Below the pieces are notes generated by a model that saw only the letters and a program-made list of their open reading frames with translations, made no database searches and was not told the DNA's origin. From the human T2T-CHM13v2.0 reference genome, Homo sapiens: 64,000 nt of DNA. Made by a program: the position numbers and the translations under genes. Below, one piece after another: positions 1-21,921 of this stretch. The stretch is from NCBI RefSeq assembly GCF_009914755.1, contig NC_060934.1. One strand, given 5' to 3'. Position 1 is the first letter of the stretch. Every line of letters starts with the position of its first letter.

Positions 1-459
1 GATTGCTTTTGGTAGTATGGTCATTTTCACAATATTGATTCTACCCATCCATGAGCATGGGATGTGTTTCCATTTGTTTGTGTCATCTATGATTTCTTTC
101 AGCAGTGTTTTGTAGTTTTCCCTGTAGAGGTCTTTCACCTCCTTGGTCAGGTATATTCCTAAGTATTTTATTTTTTTGGCAGCTATTGTAAAAGGAGTTG
201 AGTCCTTGATTTGATTCTCAGCTTGGCTGCTGTTGGTATATAGCAGAGCTACTAATTTGTGTACATTAATTTTGTATCCTGAAACTTTGCTGAATTCACT
301 TACCAGTTCTAGGAGCTTTTTGGAGGAGCCTTAGGGTTTTCTAGGTATACTATCATATCATTAGCAAACAGTGACAGTTTGACTTCCTTCTTACTGATTT
401 GGATGCCCTTTATTTCTTTCTCTTGTGTGATTGCTCTGGCTAGAACTTCCAGCACTATG
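1..459 (-). mobile_element. L1 (L1PB-like) ORF2 RT-region fragment; 3' part continues left of the window
   Basis: Reverse complement matches L1 ORF2 starting at 'catagtgctggaagttctagccagagcaatc'. Confidence 0.9.
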
Positions 460-1218
460 AACACCTTTAGGCACATAAACTAGAAAACCTAGAAGAGAAA
501 GATAAATTCCTGGAAAGACTCCACCCTCCTAGCTTAAAGCAGGAAGGATTAGAAACCCTGAAAAGTCAATAACAAGCAGTGAGGTTGAAATGGTAATTTT
601 AAAACATACCAACAAAAAAAAGCTCAGGACCAGATGGATTCACAGCTGAATTCTATCAGACATTCAAAGAAGAATTGATACCAATCCTATTGACACTATT
701 CCACAAGATAGAGAAAGAGGGAATCCTCCCTAAATCATTCTATGAAGCCAGTATCACCCTAATACCAAAACCAGGAAAGGGCATAACCAAAAAAGAAAAC
801 TACAGACCAATACCCCTGATGAACATAGATGCAAAAATCCTTAATAAAATACAAGGTAAACAAATCCAACAACATATCAAAAAGATAATTCACCATGACC
901 AAGTGGGTTTCATGCCAGGGATGCAGGGATAGTTTAACATACTCAACTCAATAAATGTGATACACCACATAAACAGAATTAAAAAGCAAAATCACATGAT
1001 CATCACAGTAGATGCAGAAAAAGCATTTGACAAAATCCAGCATCCCTTTATGATTAAAACCCTCAGCAAAATCAGCATACTAGGGATATACCTCAATGTA
1101 ATAAAAACCATCTATGACAAACCCACAGCCAACATAATACTGAATGGGGAAAAGTTGAAAGCATTCCCTCTGAGAACTGGAACAAGACAAGGATGCCCAC
1201 TCTCACTGCTTCTATTCA
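454..1218 (+). mobile_element. Inverted 5' segment of the same L1 (twin-priming inversion)
   Basis: ORFs 675-932 and 957-1289 are L1 ORF2 ([16 protein letters not shown]). The segment ends at 'ctattca', exactly where the minus-strand piece resumes in L1 order. Confidence 0.88.
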
Positions 1219-1243
1219 TCAGAGGAAGAGATTTAAAAAAAAA

Positions 1244-1525
1244 TTTTTTTTTGAGACAGAGTCTTGCTCTGATCACAGCAATGGTGTGATCATGGCTCAC
1301 TGTAGCCTTGATTTCCCAGGCTCAAGCAATCCTCCTGCCTCAGCCTCCCAAGTAACTGGGTCTACAGGCACACACCACCACACCTGGTTAATTTTTTTGA
1401 ATTTTAGTAGCAATGGGATCTCACTGTGTTGCTCAGGCTGCTCTCGAACCCCTGGCCTCAAGTGATCCTCACACTTCAGCCTCCCAAAGTGTTAGGATTA
1501 CAGGTGTGAGTCACCATGTCTGGCC
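1244..1525 (-). mobile_element. Alu (AluJ-like)
   Basis: Poly-T followed by a reverse-strand Alu body ending 'tctggcc'. Confidence 0.93.
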
Positions 1526-2672
1526 TGAAATTTGCGTGTTTGTGTAATTTTATATATAACAAATAATTTAAATTATATAATTGATTTAAATTATAAATAA
1601 AATTGAGTGTAGAGATGAATAGTACACAGAAATGATCAACATAAAGATAAACCTGGGAAGCAAATTTCCTTTGAAGTTTCTTGGAGACCAAAGGAAAAAG
1701 AGAAATAAGATTACCAACAATCTATGCTGTCCAAAAGAAGAAAACACACAAATTCTTCAGAGAAAAAAACCCCCACAAGTACATATCCTCAAACTTGGGA
1801 AAAAACGTTTTTCATATGAACTACTGGTTTTTCATATGAACTACTGAGAACTGCTGTGCCTAATGTCCTCACCACTCCTGAATGATGAATGTAGTAGCTA
1901 ACTTGGTATGAGATTACTAGAATGTCCTTCAATACATTCCAAGTGAGTAATGCCAAACATGTTGAAGGTAACTGTGAAGCTCAAAATAAGGTGTTCCAAT
2001 CTGAGACCTCTCTTTGGAGCTAGCTTAATCCAGTGAAAAACAGACTATGAAGGGGACAAGGGGAGACTGGATGTCCTTACAATTCTCTTCCATTTTATAT
2101 TGTTTCTCCCAACTGTCTAAACAAAAACCCAAAAAAACAAAAAGAATGCGGCAGACAATTTGAGATTATAGTTTTTGGTAGGATGCTACACTGTATTACA
2201 GTTTAACATTTAGAACTTTGTCTTTCATGGGGAATTGGTATTAGCTAATGTATGATAAAATTGCTATATGTTTTTGAAGACACAATTTTCAGTAGCCTTT
2301 TTATTAGATTCACCTGCTATGTTTTTCTTAGAACTATCTGCTAGGAAGAAATTGATAAACTGGTATGCTTTCAGGTATTAGATAATAAGAGCTTGATGCC
2401 AGAAAACTTAGGGGTGAATTTTAGTTTTAACATCAGTTGCTGTCTTTCACCCAGGTTTTCTAGAATAACTATTTTTCTCTTTTCTTACTTAGCTCTTATT
2501 CTGCTATCATGGTTTAAAGACTCTTGTACTATTTGTGTCAGTTATTCTAAGCCACCTCAGAACATTTTTCAAAAGAAGGTGAGGCATGAATTTAACATGA
2601 AATCCATAACAGCATTTTGTGACGCAAAGGAGAACATTTAAAATTCATTCACTAAATGTTTTAATCAATATT

Positions 2673-2970
2673 GGTTTTGACTGGAAGTAACACAGAACCC
2701 GACACAACTTTGACTTAAAGGGTTTGTCTCACACATCAAGGAGCCCAGAGAAAGGCAGTCCAAGGCTGATATGGGTGTTTAATGACATAACCAAGAACTC
2801 AGGGTCTTCTGATCCTTTAGCTCCACCACTAATCTGCATAGCATTCATTCTCATGGCCAAAGGTAGCTGCTCACCCCTCACCACCAATGTACCATGTATG
2901 CATACACACTTCCCATAGTGGCTAGCATAGCATAGGTGCTAATAAATATTTTTTGATAGAATGAATAATA
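2673..2970. mobile_element. Old MaLR (MLT1-like) fragment followed by an L2 3' end
   Basis: Degenerate MLT1-like motifs; 'taggtgctaataaatattttttgatagaatgaat' resembles an L2 tail. Confidence 0.45.
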
Positions 2971-3965
2971 CAAAATAACCTGAAAGGACTAGAAGCATAT
3001 TTTCCTCTGTTTGCACTTTTAATAAATAGACTACTTGAGTTTTAAACTAATGGATGGCGTTAGTATAATAAACCGTTCATTACAATTCAGAATATGATCA
3101 TTTAAACTTCACAATAGTACTTCAATTTTGTAACGTTACATTTCAAATCAGGGTTATGAACTCTGCCAGAGGTACATATTCATGATCAAAGGGAAAATGC
3201 AATATAATCTGTCAATCAGCTTTTTTTTCTGTACATAAAAGTTTTAAAACATTTAAGCCAGTTTAAATGTGAGACATTAATTTCCTTGTTGCTCTTATAT
3301 GAAATTTAGCAACAATCTGACTTTTAGCTATGACATTTACACAAATCAAGTTATATAAACATAGTTTATCTCTAGAGATCTTATATCAGGTTATATCAGC
3401 TAAGAGCCTTAAAAATAATATTTAACTAAATAAAACTAGTTAAGTCATGAATAGCACTTTATGCCTTCACATCTTCTGCAGTCTGTTTCTGTTTTTTAAG
3501 TAAAAGCTTCTGCCCTGAATCTATAATCCCCAAAACTTGTATGTTCTCAGCTTCTTGGCAACTATGACTTTTGAAACAAGAGTGAATTTTTTTCTTTTGA
3601 GACAAGAATGAGTTTCAAGGTAGATCCTTTTCTTTAAACAAATAGTTTATTACAGTTAACAGAAGGCAATAAAATACATTTAAATATAAGTGTACATCAT
3701 AATAATACTTAACATTGTTTTCTTATACATATTCACTAGTTTATTCTATCATTGAGCACTTACTGTGTGCCATGCACTGGGCTGGATGCTAGGGGATATT
3801 TTGTTTTATTTCAATGGTAACAGTTGACTTTATGTCTATGAGCATGTGAGTAGAGCTGATGAAATCCTGACTTTCTGGGATATTTGATCCACTACTGTTT
3901 TGTTTTGTTATACTGTTTTGTTAAGATCATCTCCTATAATGATGCCACTAGGAAAACTAACTTCT

Positions 3966-4271
3966 ATTTACTTATTTTTTTTTTTTTTTTGAGACAGGGT
4001 CTCACTTTGTTGCCCAGGCTGGAGTACGCTGGTGAAATATGCCTCACTGCAGCCTCTACCTCCTGGCTCAGGTAATCCTCCTGCCTCAGCCTCCTGAGTA
4101 CCTGGGACTACAGGCATGTGCCGCCACACCCAGCTAATGTTTTGTATTTTGTGTAGAGACAGGGTTTTATTTTGTTGCTCAGGCTGGTCTCGAACCCCTG
4201 GACTTAAGCAGTCTGCCCACCTCGGCCTCCCAAAGTGTTCGGATTACAGGCATGAGCCACCGTGCCTGACC
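3966..4271 (-). mobile_element. Alu (AluJ-like)
   Basis: Full reverse Alu; degenerate TSD aaaactaacttct / aaaagtaactttt. Confidence 0.93.
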
Positions 4272-4486
4272 AAAAGTAACTTTTGAACTGGAAAACCTTT
4301 AGTAAAGTCATAAGGTTTTTGATGGTATAAGTTTGCATAAGGAAGTTTCTCCCGTTGTAAACATAGCACAGTAAACATCAAGGAGGGACTTGGGTTTGTT
4401 TATACTGCTACAATATAATGGAGTAGACAGGGGAGCATCTACCCGTCTCTTTTATGTTTGTTTTGTTTTTTCATTTTTTTATTAGT

Positions 4487-8925
<4,439 letters not shown>

Positions 8926-9161
8926 TTTTTTTTTTTTTTTTTTCCTTTTTTTTTTTATTATACTTTAAGTTTTAGGGTACATGTGCACAATGTGCAGGTT
9001 AGTTACATATGTATACATGTGCCATGCTGGTGCGCTGCACCCACTAACTCGTCATCTAGCATTAGGTATATCTCCCAATGCTATCCATCCCCCCTCCCCC
9101 CACCCCACCACAGTCCCCAGAGTGTGATATTCCCCTTCCTGTGTCCATGTGATCTCGTTGT

Positions 9162-12990
<3,829 letters not shown>

Positions 12991-13053
12991 TATGATGTTA
13001 GCTGGTGATTTTGCTCGTTAGTTGATGCAGTTTCTTCCTAGTCTCGATGGTCT

Positions 13054-14067
13054 TTACATTTTGGCATGATTTTGCAGCAGCTGGTACCGGTTGTTCCTTT
13101 CCATGTTTAGCGCTTCCTTCAGGAGCTCTTTTAGGGCAGGCCTGGTGGTGACAAAAACTCTCAGTATTTGCTTGTCTGTGAAGTATTTTATTTCTCCTTC
13201 ACTTATGAAGCTTAGTTTGGCTGGATATGAAATTCTGGGTTGAAAATTCTTTTCTTTAAGAATGTTGAATATTGGCCCCCACTCTCTTCTGGCTTGTAGG
13301 GTTTCTGCCGAGAGATCCGCTGTTAGTCTGATGGGCTTCCCTTTGAGGGTAACCCGACCTTTCTCTCTGGCTGCCCTTAACATTTTTTCCTTCATTTCAA
13401 CTTTGGTGAATCTGACAATTATGTGTCTTGGAGTTGCTCTTCTTGAGGATTACCTTTGTGGCGTTCTCTGTATTTCCTGAATCTGAACGTTGGCCTGCCT
13501 TGCTAGATTGGGGAAGTTCTCCTGGATAATATCCTGCAGAGTGTTTTCCAACTTGGTTCCATTCTCCCCATCACTTTCAGGTACACCAATCAGACGTAGA
13601 TGTGGTCTTTTCACATAGTCCCATATTTCTTGGAGGCTTTGCTCATTTCTTTTTATTCTTTTTTCTCTAAACTTCCTTTCTCGCTTCATTTCATTCATTT
13701 CATCTTCCATTGCTGATAGCCTTTCTTCCAGTTGATCGCATCGGCTCCTGAGGCTTCTGCATTCTTCACGTAGTTCTCGAGCCTTGGTTTTCAGCTCCAT
13801 CAGCTCCTTTAAGCACTTCTCTGTATTGGTTATTTTAGTTATACATTCTTCTAAATTTTTTTCAAAGTTTTCAACTTCTTTGCCTTTGGTTTGAATGTCC
13901 TCCCGTAGCTCAGAGTAATTTGATCGCCTGAAGCCTTCTTCTCTCAGCTCGTCAAAGTCATTCTCCATCCAGCTTTGTTCCGTTGCTGGTGAGGAACTGC
14001 ATTCCTTTGGAGGAGAGGCGCTCTGCTTTTTAGAGTTTCCAGTTTTTCTGTTCTGTTTTTTCCCCAT
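13054..14067 (-). pseudogene. L1 ORF1 of the young L1, one premature stop
   Basis: MGKKQNRKTGNSK...QNHAKM in one frame, interrupted by TAA at 13450-13452. Confidence 0.93.
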
Positions 14068-14069
14068 CT

Positions 14070-14973
14070 TTGTGGTTTTATCTACTTTTGGTCTTTGATG
14101 ATGTTGATGATGATGATGGGTTTTCGGTGTGGATGTCCTTTCTGTTTGTTAGTTTTCCTTCTAACAGACAGGACCCTCAGCTGCAGGTCTGTTGGAATAC
14201 CCTGCCGTGTGAGGTGTCAGTGTGCCCCTGCTTGGGGGTGCCTCCCAGTTAGGCTGCTCGGGGGTCAGGGGTCAGGGACCCACTTGAGGAGGCAGTCTCC
14301 CGGTTCTCAGATCTCCAGCTGCGTGCTGGGAGAACCACTGCTCTCTTCAAAGCTGTCAGACAGGGACACTTAAGTCTGCAGAGATTACTGCTGTCTTTTT
14401 GTTTGTCTGTGCCCTGCCCCCAGAGGTGGAGCCTACAGAGGCAGGCAGGCCTCCTTGAGCTGTGGTGGGCTCCACCCAGTTCAAGCTTCCTGGCTGCTTT
14501 GTTTACCTAAGCAAGCCTGGGCAATGGCGGGCGCCCCTCCCCCAGCCTCGCTGCCGCCTTCCAGTTTGATCTCAGACTGCTGTGCTAGCAGTCAGTGAGA
14601 TTCCGTGGGCGTAGGACCCTCCGAGCCATGTGTGGGATATAATCTCATGGTTCGCCGCTTTTAAGCCGGTCTGAAAAGCGCAATATTCGGGTGGGAGTGA
14701 CCCGACTTTCCAGGTGCGTCCGTCACCCCTTTCTTTGACTCGGAAAGGGAACTCCCTGACCCCTCGCGCTTCCCAAGTGAGGCAATGCCTTGCCCTGCTT
14801 TGGCTCACGCACGGTGCGCGCACCCACTGGCCTGCGCCCACTGTCTGGCACTCCCTAGTGAGATAAACCCGGTACCTCAGATGGAAATGCAGAAATCACC
14901 CGTCTTCTGCGTCGCTCACGCTGGGAGCTGTAGACGGGAGCTGTTCCTATTCAGCCATCTTGGCTCCTCCCCC
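14070..14973 (-). promoter_or_regulatory. L1 5'UTR internal sense promoter and antisense promoter (young L1)
   Basis: CpG-rich L1 5'UTR; YY1 site gccatcttggc at 14955-14965 intact. Confidence 0.85.
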
Positions 14974-16506
14974 CTCCCCATCACTTTCAAGTACACCAAT
15001 CAGACATAGATTTGGTCTTTTCACATAGTCCAGTATTTCTTGGAGGCTTTGCTCGTTTCTTTTTACTCTTTTTTCTCTAAACTTCTCTTCTTGCTTCATT
15101 TCATTCATTTGATCTTCCATCACTTACCCTTTCTTCCAGTTGATCAAATTGGCTACTGAAGCTTGTGCATTTGTCACGTAGTTCTCATGCCATAGTTTTC
15201 AGCTCCATCAGGTCATTTAAGGACTTCTCTACACTGGTTATTCTAGTTAGCCTTTTGTCTAATCTTTTTTCAAGGTTTTTAGCTTCTTTGCAATGGGTTC
15301 GAACTTCCTGCTTTAGCTCGGAGAAGTTTGATCATCTGAAGCCTTCTTCTCTCAACTCATCAAAGTCATTCTCCGTCCAGGTTTGTTCCATTGCTGGTGA
15401 GGAGCTGCATTCCTGTGGAGGGGGAGAGGTACTCTGATTTTTAGAATTTTCAGCTTTTCTGCTCTGTTTTTCCCCATCTTTGTGGTTTTATCTACCTTTG
15501 GTCTTTGATGATGGTGATATACAGACGGGGTTTTGGTGTGGATGTCCTTTCTGTTTGTTAGTTTTCCTTCTAACAGTCAGGACCCTCAGCTGCAGGTCTG
15601 TTGGAGTTTACTGGAGGTCCACTCCAGACCCTGCTTGCCTGCGTATCAGCAGCGGAGGCTGCAGAACAGCGAATATTGCTGAACAGCAAATGTTGCTGCC
15701 TGATTGTTCCTCTGGAAGCTTCGTCTCAGAGGGGTACCCGGCCGTGTAAGGTGTCAGTCTGCCCCTACTGGGGGGTGCCTCCCAGTTAGGCTACTCGGCG
15801 GTCAAGGACACACTTGAAGAGGCAGTCTGTCCGTTCTCAGATCTCAAACTCCATGCTGGGAGAACCACTACTCTCTCCAAAGCTGTCACACAGGGACATT
15901 TAAGTCTGCAGAGGTTTCTGGTGCCTTTTGTTCAGCTATGCCCTGCCCCCAGAGGTGGAGTCTACAGAGGCAGGCAGGCCTCCTTGAGCTGTGGTGGGCT
16001 CCACCCAGTTCAAGCTTCCAGGCCACTTTGTTTACCTACTCAAGCCTCAGCAATGGCGGGCGCCCCTCCCCCAGCCTCACTGCTGCCTTGCAGTTCGATA
16101 TCAGACTGCTGTGCTAGCAATGAGCAAGGCTCCGTTGGTGTGGGACCCTCAGAGCCATGTGTGGGATATAATCTCTTGGTTTGCCATTTGCTAAGACCGT
16201 TGGAAAAGCCCAGTATTAGGGTGGGAGTGACCTGGTTTTCCCGGTGCTGTCTGTCACAGTTTCCCTTGGCTAGGAAAGGGAATTCCCTGACCCCTTGTGC
16301 TTCCTGGGTGAGGTGATGCCTATCCCTGCTTCGGCTGATGCTCGGTGGGCTGTACCCACTGTCCTGCACCCACTGTCTGACAAGCCCCAGTGAGATGAAC
16401 CCGGTACCTCAGTTGAAAATGCAGAAATCACCCATCTTCTGTGTCGCTCACGCTGGGAGCTGTAGACTGGAGCTGTTCCTATTTGGCCATCTTGGAACCG
16501 CCCCCC
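14974..16506 (-). mobile_element. Older L1 (L1PA6-like): 5' part (5'UTR plus N-half of ORF1)
   Basis: Continues ORF1 seamlessly across the TSD; 5' end GGGGGGCGGTTCCAAGATGGCC at 16506. Confidence 0.95.
16053..16316 (+). CDS. L1 ORF0-like antisense ORF (87 aa), frame open; expression unknown
   Basis: MAGAPPPASLLPCSSISDCCASNEQGSVGVGPSEP...IRVGVTWFSRC matches primate L1 ORF0; ATG context gcaATGG. Confidence 0.6.
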   Translation: MAGAPPPASLLPCSSISDCCASNEQGSVGVGPSEPCVGYNLLVCHLLRPLEKPSIRVGVTWFSRCCLSQFPLARKGNSLTPCASWVR

Positions 16507-16539
16507 AGAATTTTTTTAAGCATAAGTAATCTTAAATCC

Positions 16540-17700
16540 CATGGCCCCAGAATAAATATTCTTAATATTTTGGTATACATTTTTAAAAACTCTGTATATA
16601 TACTTATATATAATTTCTATAAACTGAATTGCATTATATATTCTTTTTAGGATATACTTTTTTCCCACTTAACATTATATTATGTATTTTTTTCATGTCA
16701 ATAAGTTATAGACTAATCTCGCCATATTTAATGGCTGCATAGTACTTCATTGATTGGATGTGTCATAGTTATTTAGTGAATCTCATATTAATGGAAATTA
16801 ACATAGCATATATTATATTGATAGTGGATATCACATTGAGTAATATTCAACTGGAGAATAATATAAGTAATATTCTGATAAACATCTTTCTATATGTAGT
16901 TTTATAAAAGTCATTTGCCTATTTCCTTTTTAGCTCTTTAAGATAAATCTCTGGAAATGAAATTGCCATATAAAAGTGTGACAGTCAAATGCCCTCTGAA
17001 AACAGGGTTACTGGATAAACTTTCACTTTACATCCAGCTAAATAATAAATAATAAATAGCAATTAAAATTTTAGTATAAATATGTCCAATATAATACTTG
17101 GGACATAATTATAGTTTGGAAAGTATTTGTTGTTTATCTGAGATTCAAACTTGGCTGCATGTCTGTATTTTTATTTGCTAACTCTGGCAATCCTACTCCA
17201 AAAAGCAAGAAACAACTTGTACTGTTTATATACACCTTCACCAACTTTGGGTATTTCAATTCTTTTAATCTTTGCCAATCTGATCAAAGAATCTCATTTT
17301 AGTTTGCACCTCTTTGATTACTAGTAAGAATGAATATCAGGTGAGTTTGATCATATATAAATTCTATCTCAAATAACAGTTATTAAAAATGATTGAATTG
17401 AATATGATGAACCCAATCAAAAGCTGAAAGAAAATGATTGAAGATCTTTTCACATACTTAGCAACCATATTCTATTTTGAATTTATGGCTCACAATTCTT
17501 GGCTTATTTTTCTATTGGGTATACATTTAAAGTTTTTGACTTTTTAGATGTTTTTCAATGTAATAAACCTCTTTATCTAATTTGCAAATATTTTATCTCT
17601 GCTCTTATACTTATTTAATAGCATAGAAGTTTAAAACTTTTTTAATTAGTCAAATCCATCAGTCCTTTTATTTGTGATTTGAAGTTATAAAAACCTTTTT
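16540..17700 (-). mobile_element. Ancient L1M (L1ME-like) 3' remnant
   Basis: AT-rich, with L1 3' motifs ('aatggctgcatagtacttcatt', 'ttttagtttgcacctctttgattactagt'). Confidence 0.6.
17003..17195. mobile_element. MER53-like hAT DNA transposon (palindromic)
   Basis: Ends cagggtt.../...ctggcaatccta; centre 'tatgtccaatataatacttgggacata'. Confidence 0.75.
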
Positions 17701-17829
17701 ATAATATTCTGTGATTATAATAACCATTTTCTTTTAGCATTTTTTTTTTCATTTTAAAGTTTACACTGTAGTCCCACCTGACCTGCAGTTCCTGGCATAA
17801 ACTCTGATGTAGCACATACAACTGGCTAC

Positions 17830-18570
17830 TTAACGCCTCCTCCTCAGTTTCTGATGGGCATCTCAGAGCTTGGTTGGCCAAATCTGAAGGATTTGTGTCC
17901 CCTCGTCTACGAATCTGCGCTTTCTCCCGTCTTCCTGGCCGTAAGAGATGGCACTGCTGTTTCCGCAGTTACTTGAGCCAAAAACCTATCCTTAGTCCTC
18001 CCTTTCCCTTACCTCCAACATGCAGTCCAGCAGCAAGGTCTGTCACTTCTACCTCCAAAACACATTCCAGATCCGTCCATACTGCTAATGCCTCCCAAGC
18101 CTAGGCTGACAGCGTCTCTTTCCTGGACTGCTGTAAAAGTCTTGTCACTGTGATCACTATTCCACTTCCTCCCTGCCACCCCCCACAATCCATTCTTTCC
18201 ATAGCAGTCAGGGAGGTTTTTAAAAACTGCACACCAAAATTACATAACTCTCCTGCTTGAATCTCTATCATCACTTAGGAAATAAAATCTACAGTCCTCA
18301 CTGCAGTCTTCAAGTCTCCACAATGCCCAGTGCCACTAATGCATCTCAGTCCCCAGGACTTCTCTTTTCCCTCTGGCTCCAGTGTTCTTCAAATACCTGC
18401 TTTGGGGCCCTCTGCTATTTTTCTGGCCTAAATCTTCACAAGGCCGTCTGGTTCTTTCCATTTTAGTGAAAATAATCACCTGCTCACCCGGCGCTCCCTG
18501 ATCTACCTCTCTAAGGCAGCCTCCATCATTCCTCCTTCTCTTCTGTTTTATTAAGTGATACCCCTCACCA
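17830..18570 (+). mobile_element. L2 fragment
   Basis: Typical L2 body motifs ('ttctacctccaaaa', 'atccattctttccatagcagtcag'). Confidence 0.65.
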
Positions 18571-19632
18571 TTATACACATTTTAAAAAAAAATTTATGTT
18601 GTCAGAATGTAAATCAAATGAAAAGACCTCATGAAGTGGTGGGACCCCGTTGGAGGGCTTTAAATACAGGCTGCCATGAGGGGATGGGCCAGGGGTCAGC
18701 CTGCAGCTTTCAAGGCCAAGGTCAAGTTCTGTGCTTCCTAGCTAAGTCAGAGTAGGCATTCCTCATCAAAGTTTAATTTTGCCTATTAGAAAAATGCTCA
18801 CAAACAGCTGACTGCTGACTTCCTTGGAACGGGGACAGATGGGAAAACTAGGGTGGCGCACACAAGACTCAACGGGGAGGAAACCCTGCACTTCCTCCGT
18901 CTTTTTTTTTTTTTTTAAAGCATCAAACTTAGAAGGAAAAAAAACCCTATAAATATATATCTTCTCTTCAGAATTTCCTGCTTGCTCATAGCCGGCTCTC
19001 AGCAAGAGAAGCCAAGTTCTCCTAACCTCAGTGCATAAGGCCAATAGGCTGACAGCTGGATCTCAATATTTACATTCTGTTATCACATCTGTTGAGGAAC
19101 CCCAGGCCTAAGTAGCTAAACTGAATTATTCTGGTTTTATCTCCCTACTACTAGGTTCTGAAAAAATACTTCCTCTTTTTGAAAGCACAGGTTTTGTGAA
19201 GGTCAACATCTGCCCTCTAGCCTGACCGCCCAAAATGCTATAAAGCTTTCTCAGCCCAAGAGTTAACCCTTTCCTACCTAGATCCACTGCTGTTCAGTGT
19301 ATTTGAAGTGCACACTGATTGACACGACATGTTGGAAGCCAACGGTAAAACAACCTGCCATCCGTAAGGCACATCTCCAACATGTCAGTAAACAAGGAGA
19401 ACAGACATTAAGTGAACATGAGCATGAGTCAGCTGTCAGCAACTGCAAAAGGAAGACACCTTGAAGTCTGGAGGCCTGTCTGTGACTTAGATTTTGTAAG
19501 AAAGGAAGTGACAAGGGAAACTTTAAGATAGGCGGCTGACCACCCAGTGGAGACAGAGTGCTCCAGCTGCAATCCACAAACCATGAGAAAGTTGCCTGAT
19601 ACACACTTTCATTGGGGGGGAAAAAACACTCT

Positions 19633-20007
<375 letters not shown>

Positions 20008-20060
20008 TCATACTTTTTCCTTCCTTTACTTTCCTTTTTCTTCTCCCATTCATATCTTCA

Positions 20061-20508
<448 letters not shown>

Positions 20509-20954
20509 AGAGAATTTCTGTCTCTGTCAAATAATGTCAGCATTTATACGTCTGTTTTACAAAACATGAAGATGGAAAGAAACATCTTTGGTTTTTTAGT
20601 TTGGTCTATCAATGTAGTTTCTCCTTCACACACGCCAGGCATCATTTCAAGCACGTTTCCTCCACATTCACTCTCCCTTGATCCCATCATATTCAAGGTT
20701 GTCGAGATCAGCCACTGGGGTCAGAGTGGAACTTGTTCAGAGGCTGATTCTCAGGCTCTGTGGACCCGTGCTCCCTCACATGCTGGGTCAGCAGCCAAGT
20801 GTGCTCATTTGTCCATGCTCACAGAAGGGAGGGGCAGAAAAGCTCTTCAAGTTTCACTTGGCGGCATGAGGGCCAGAGTGACTTCCTTGTTAGTACAGAG
20901 CAAATGAGAAGGTCCCGCATTTCTAACGATCGGTTAGGGCTTTTCTTTATTTTC

Positions 20955-21038
20955 TAATTTTTATTCATTCATTCATTCAATTATTTTTGAGGGAGGGTCT
21001 CGCTCTGTCACCCAGGCTGGAGTGCAGTGGCACCATGG
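20955..21038 (-). mobile_element. 5'-truncated Alu 3' fragment with (TTCA)n tail
   Basis: 'gggtctcgctctgtcacccaggctggagtgcagtggc'. Confidence 0.8.
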
Positions 21039-21921
21039 AGTTTGAACACACTTTGGTACAAACTTTTGCTGTATTTTGAGCTGCAGCAGCAATTAATTGT
21101 ATTCTGCATCTTAAACATGGACCTTAAGGGACACTTAAGGGACCTTTTTAAGGGTCATATTGGGGTTTTGTAGAACTCCTCCGTTTGGGGAATTCTCAAT
21201 CTTGTGAGAGTCATAGTGGGAAATGCTGCCGAAATTTCCAATCCTCATGTTCTCAGCCTCCTAAGCAGCTGGGGGAAGGAATGTGGTCTAAGCTTACCTG
21301 ACTGAGTCACCCATGCATGAATCAAGTGCTAGGGACATAAGGCCAAGACAGCCCGGCCAGCACGAGGGGACAGCATGGGCCTAGCTGTGTTGGCCGTGGG
21401 GCACTGAAGGGCTCACAGGGGACATGGGGAGGATGCCCATTGGCCCCACAGCCTGGTTCTTTGCAGTATTTGGGTTGGTCCCTGCTGCTTCCTATCATCC
21501 CTGGCTCCTGCTCATTCCCCAAAGCTAGAGCTCCAGCATCCCCCTCAATCATTTGAGCTTTCCAGTATCATTTCAATACTTTCCAAGAATGTCCAGGGTC
21601 ACAGGCCAGGGAAGTAAAAGAACATTATTTATAAGGCAGGGCTCCAAAGCTGGTATATCCCTGGGAAGTGTGTCTTGGCATAAACACTAGCTGGATCTCA
21701 AGGCCCTGCATTCACCCACAAATTCTCTTCTTCACCAGCATTGTGCTTCTGTCTTAAAAGGCAGATGATCACCTCAATTCTTTTTGATAACAGCCCAAAT
21801 CAAAAACAACGTCATTAAAATGAAACAATACAAAACTAAGCACCAATGTTCACAGTTACTCCTCCTACCTCCCAAAATGGTGAGCTAAGATTTGCTGGGG
21901 TGTTTAAGAGATGGGTTCTTG

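Noticed and set aside
14096-14118. (GAT)n run giving a poly-Met/Asp ORF in the L1 5'UTR
   Set aside because: Small slippage change of the L1 consensus; the ORF is incidental.
19205-19224. Possible CTCF motif (AGGCTAGAGGGCAG, minus)
   Set aside because: The 5' CC core is mismatched; too weak without data.
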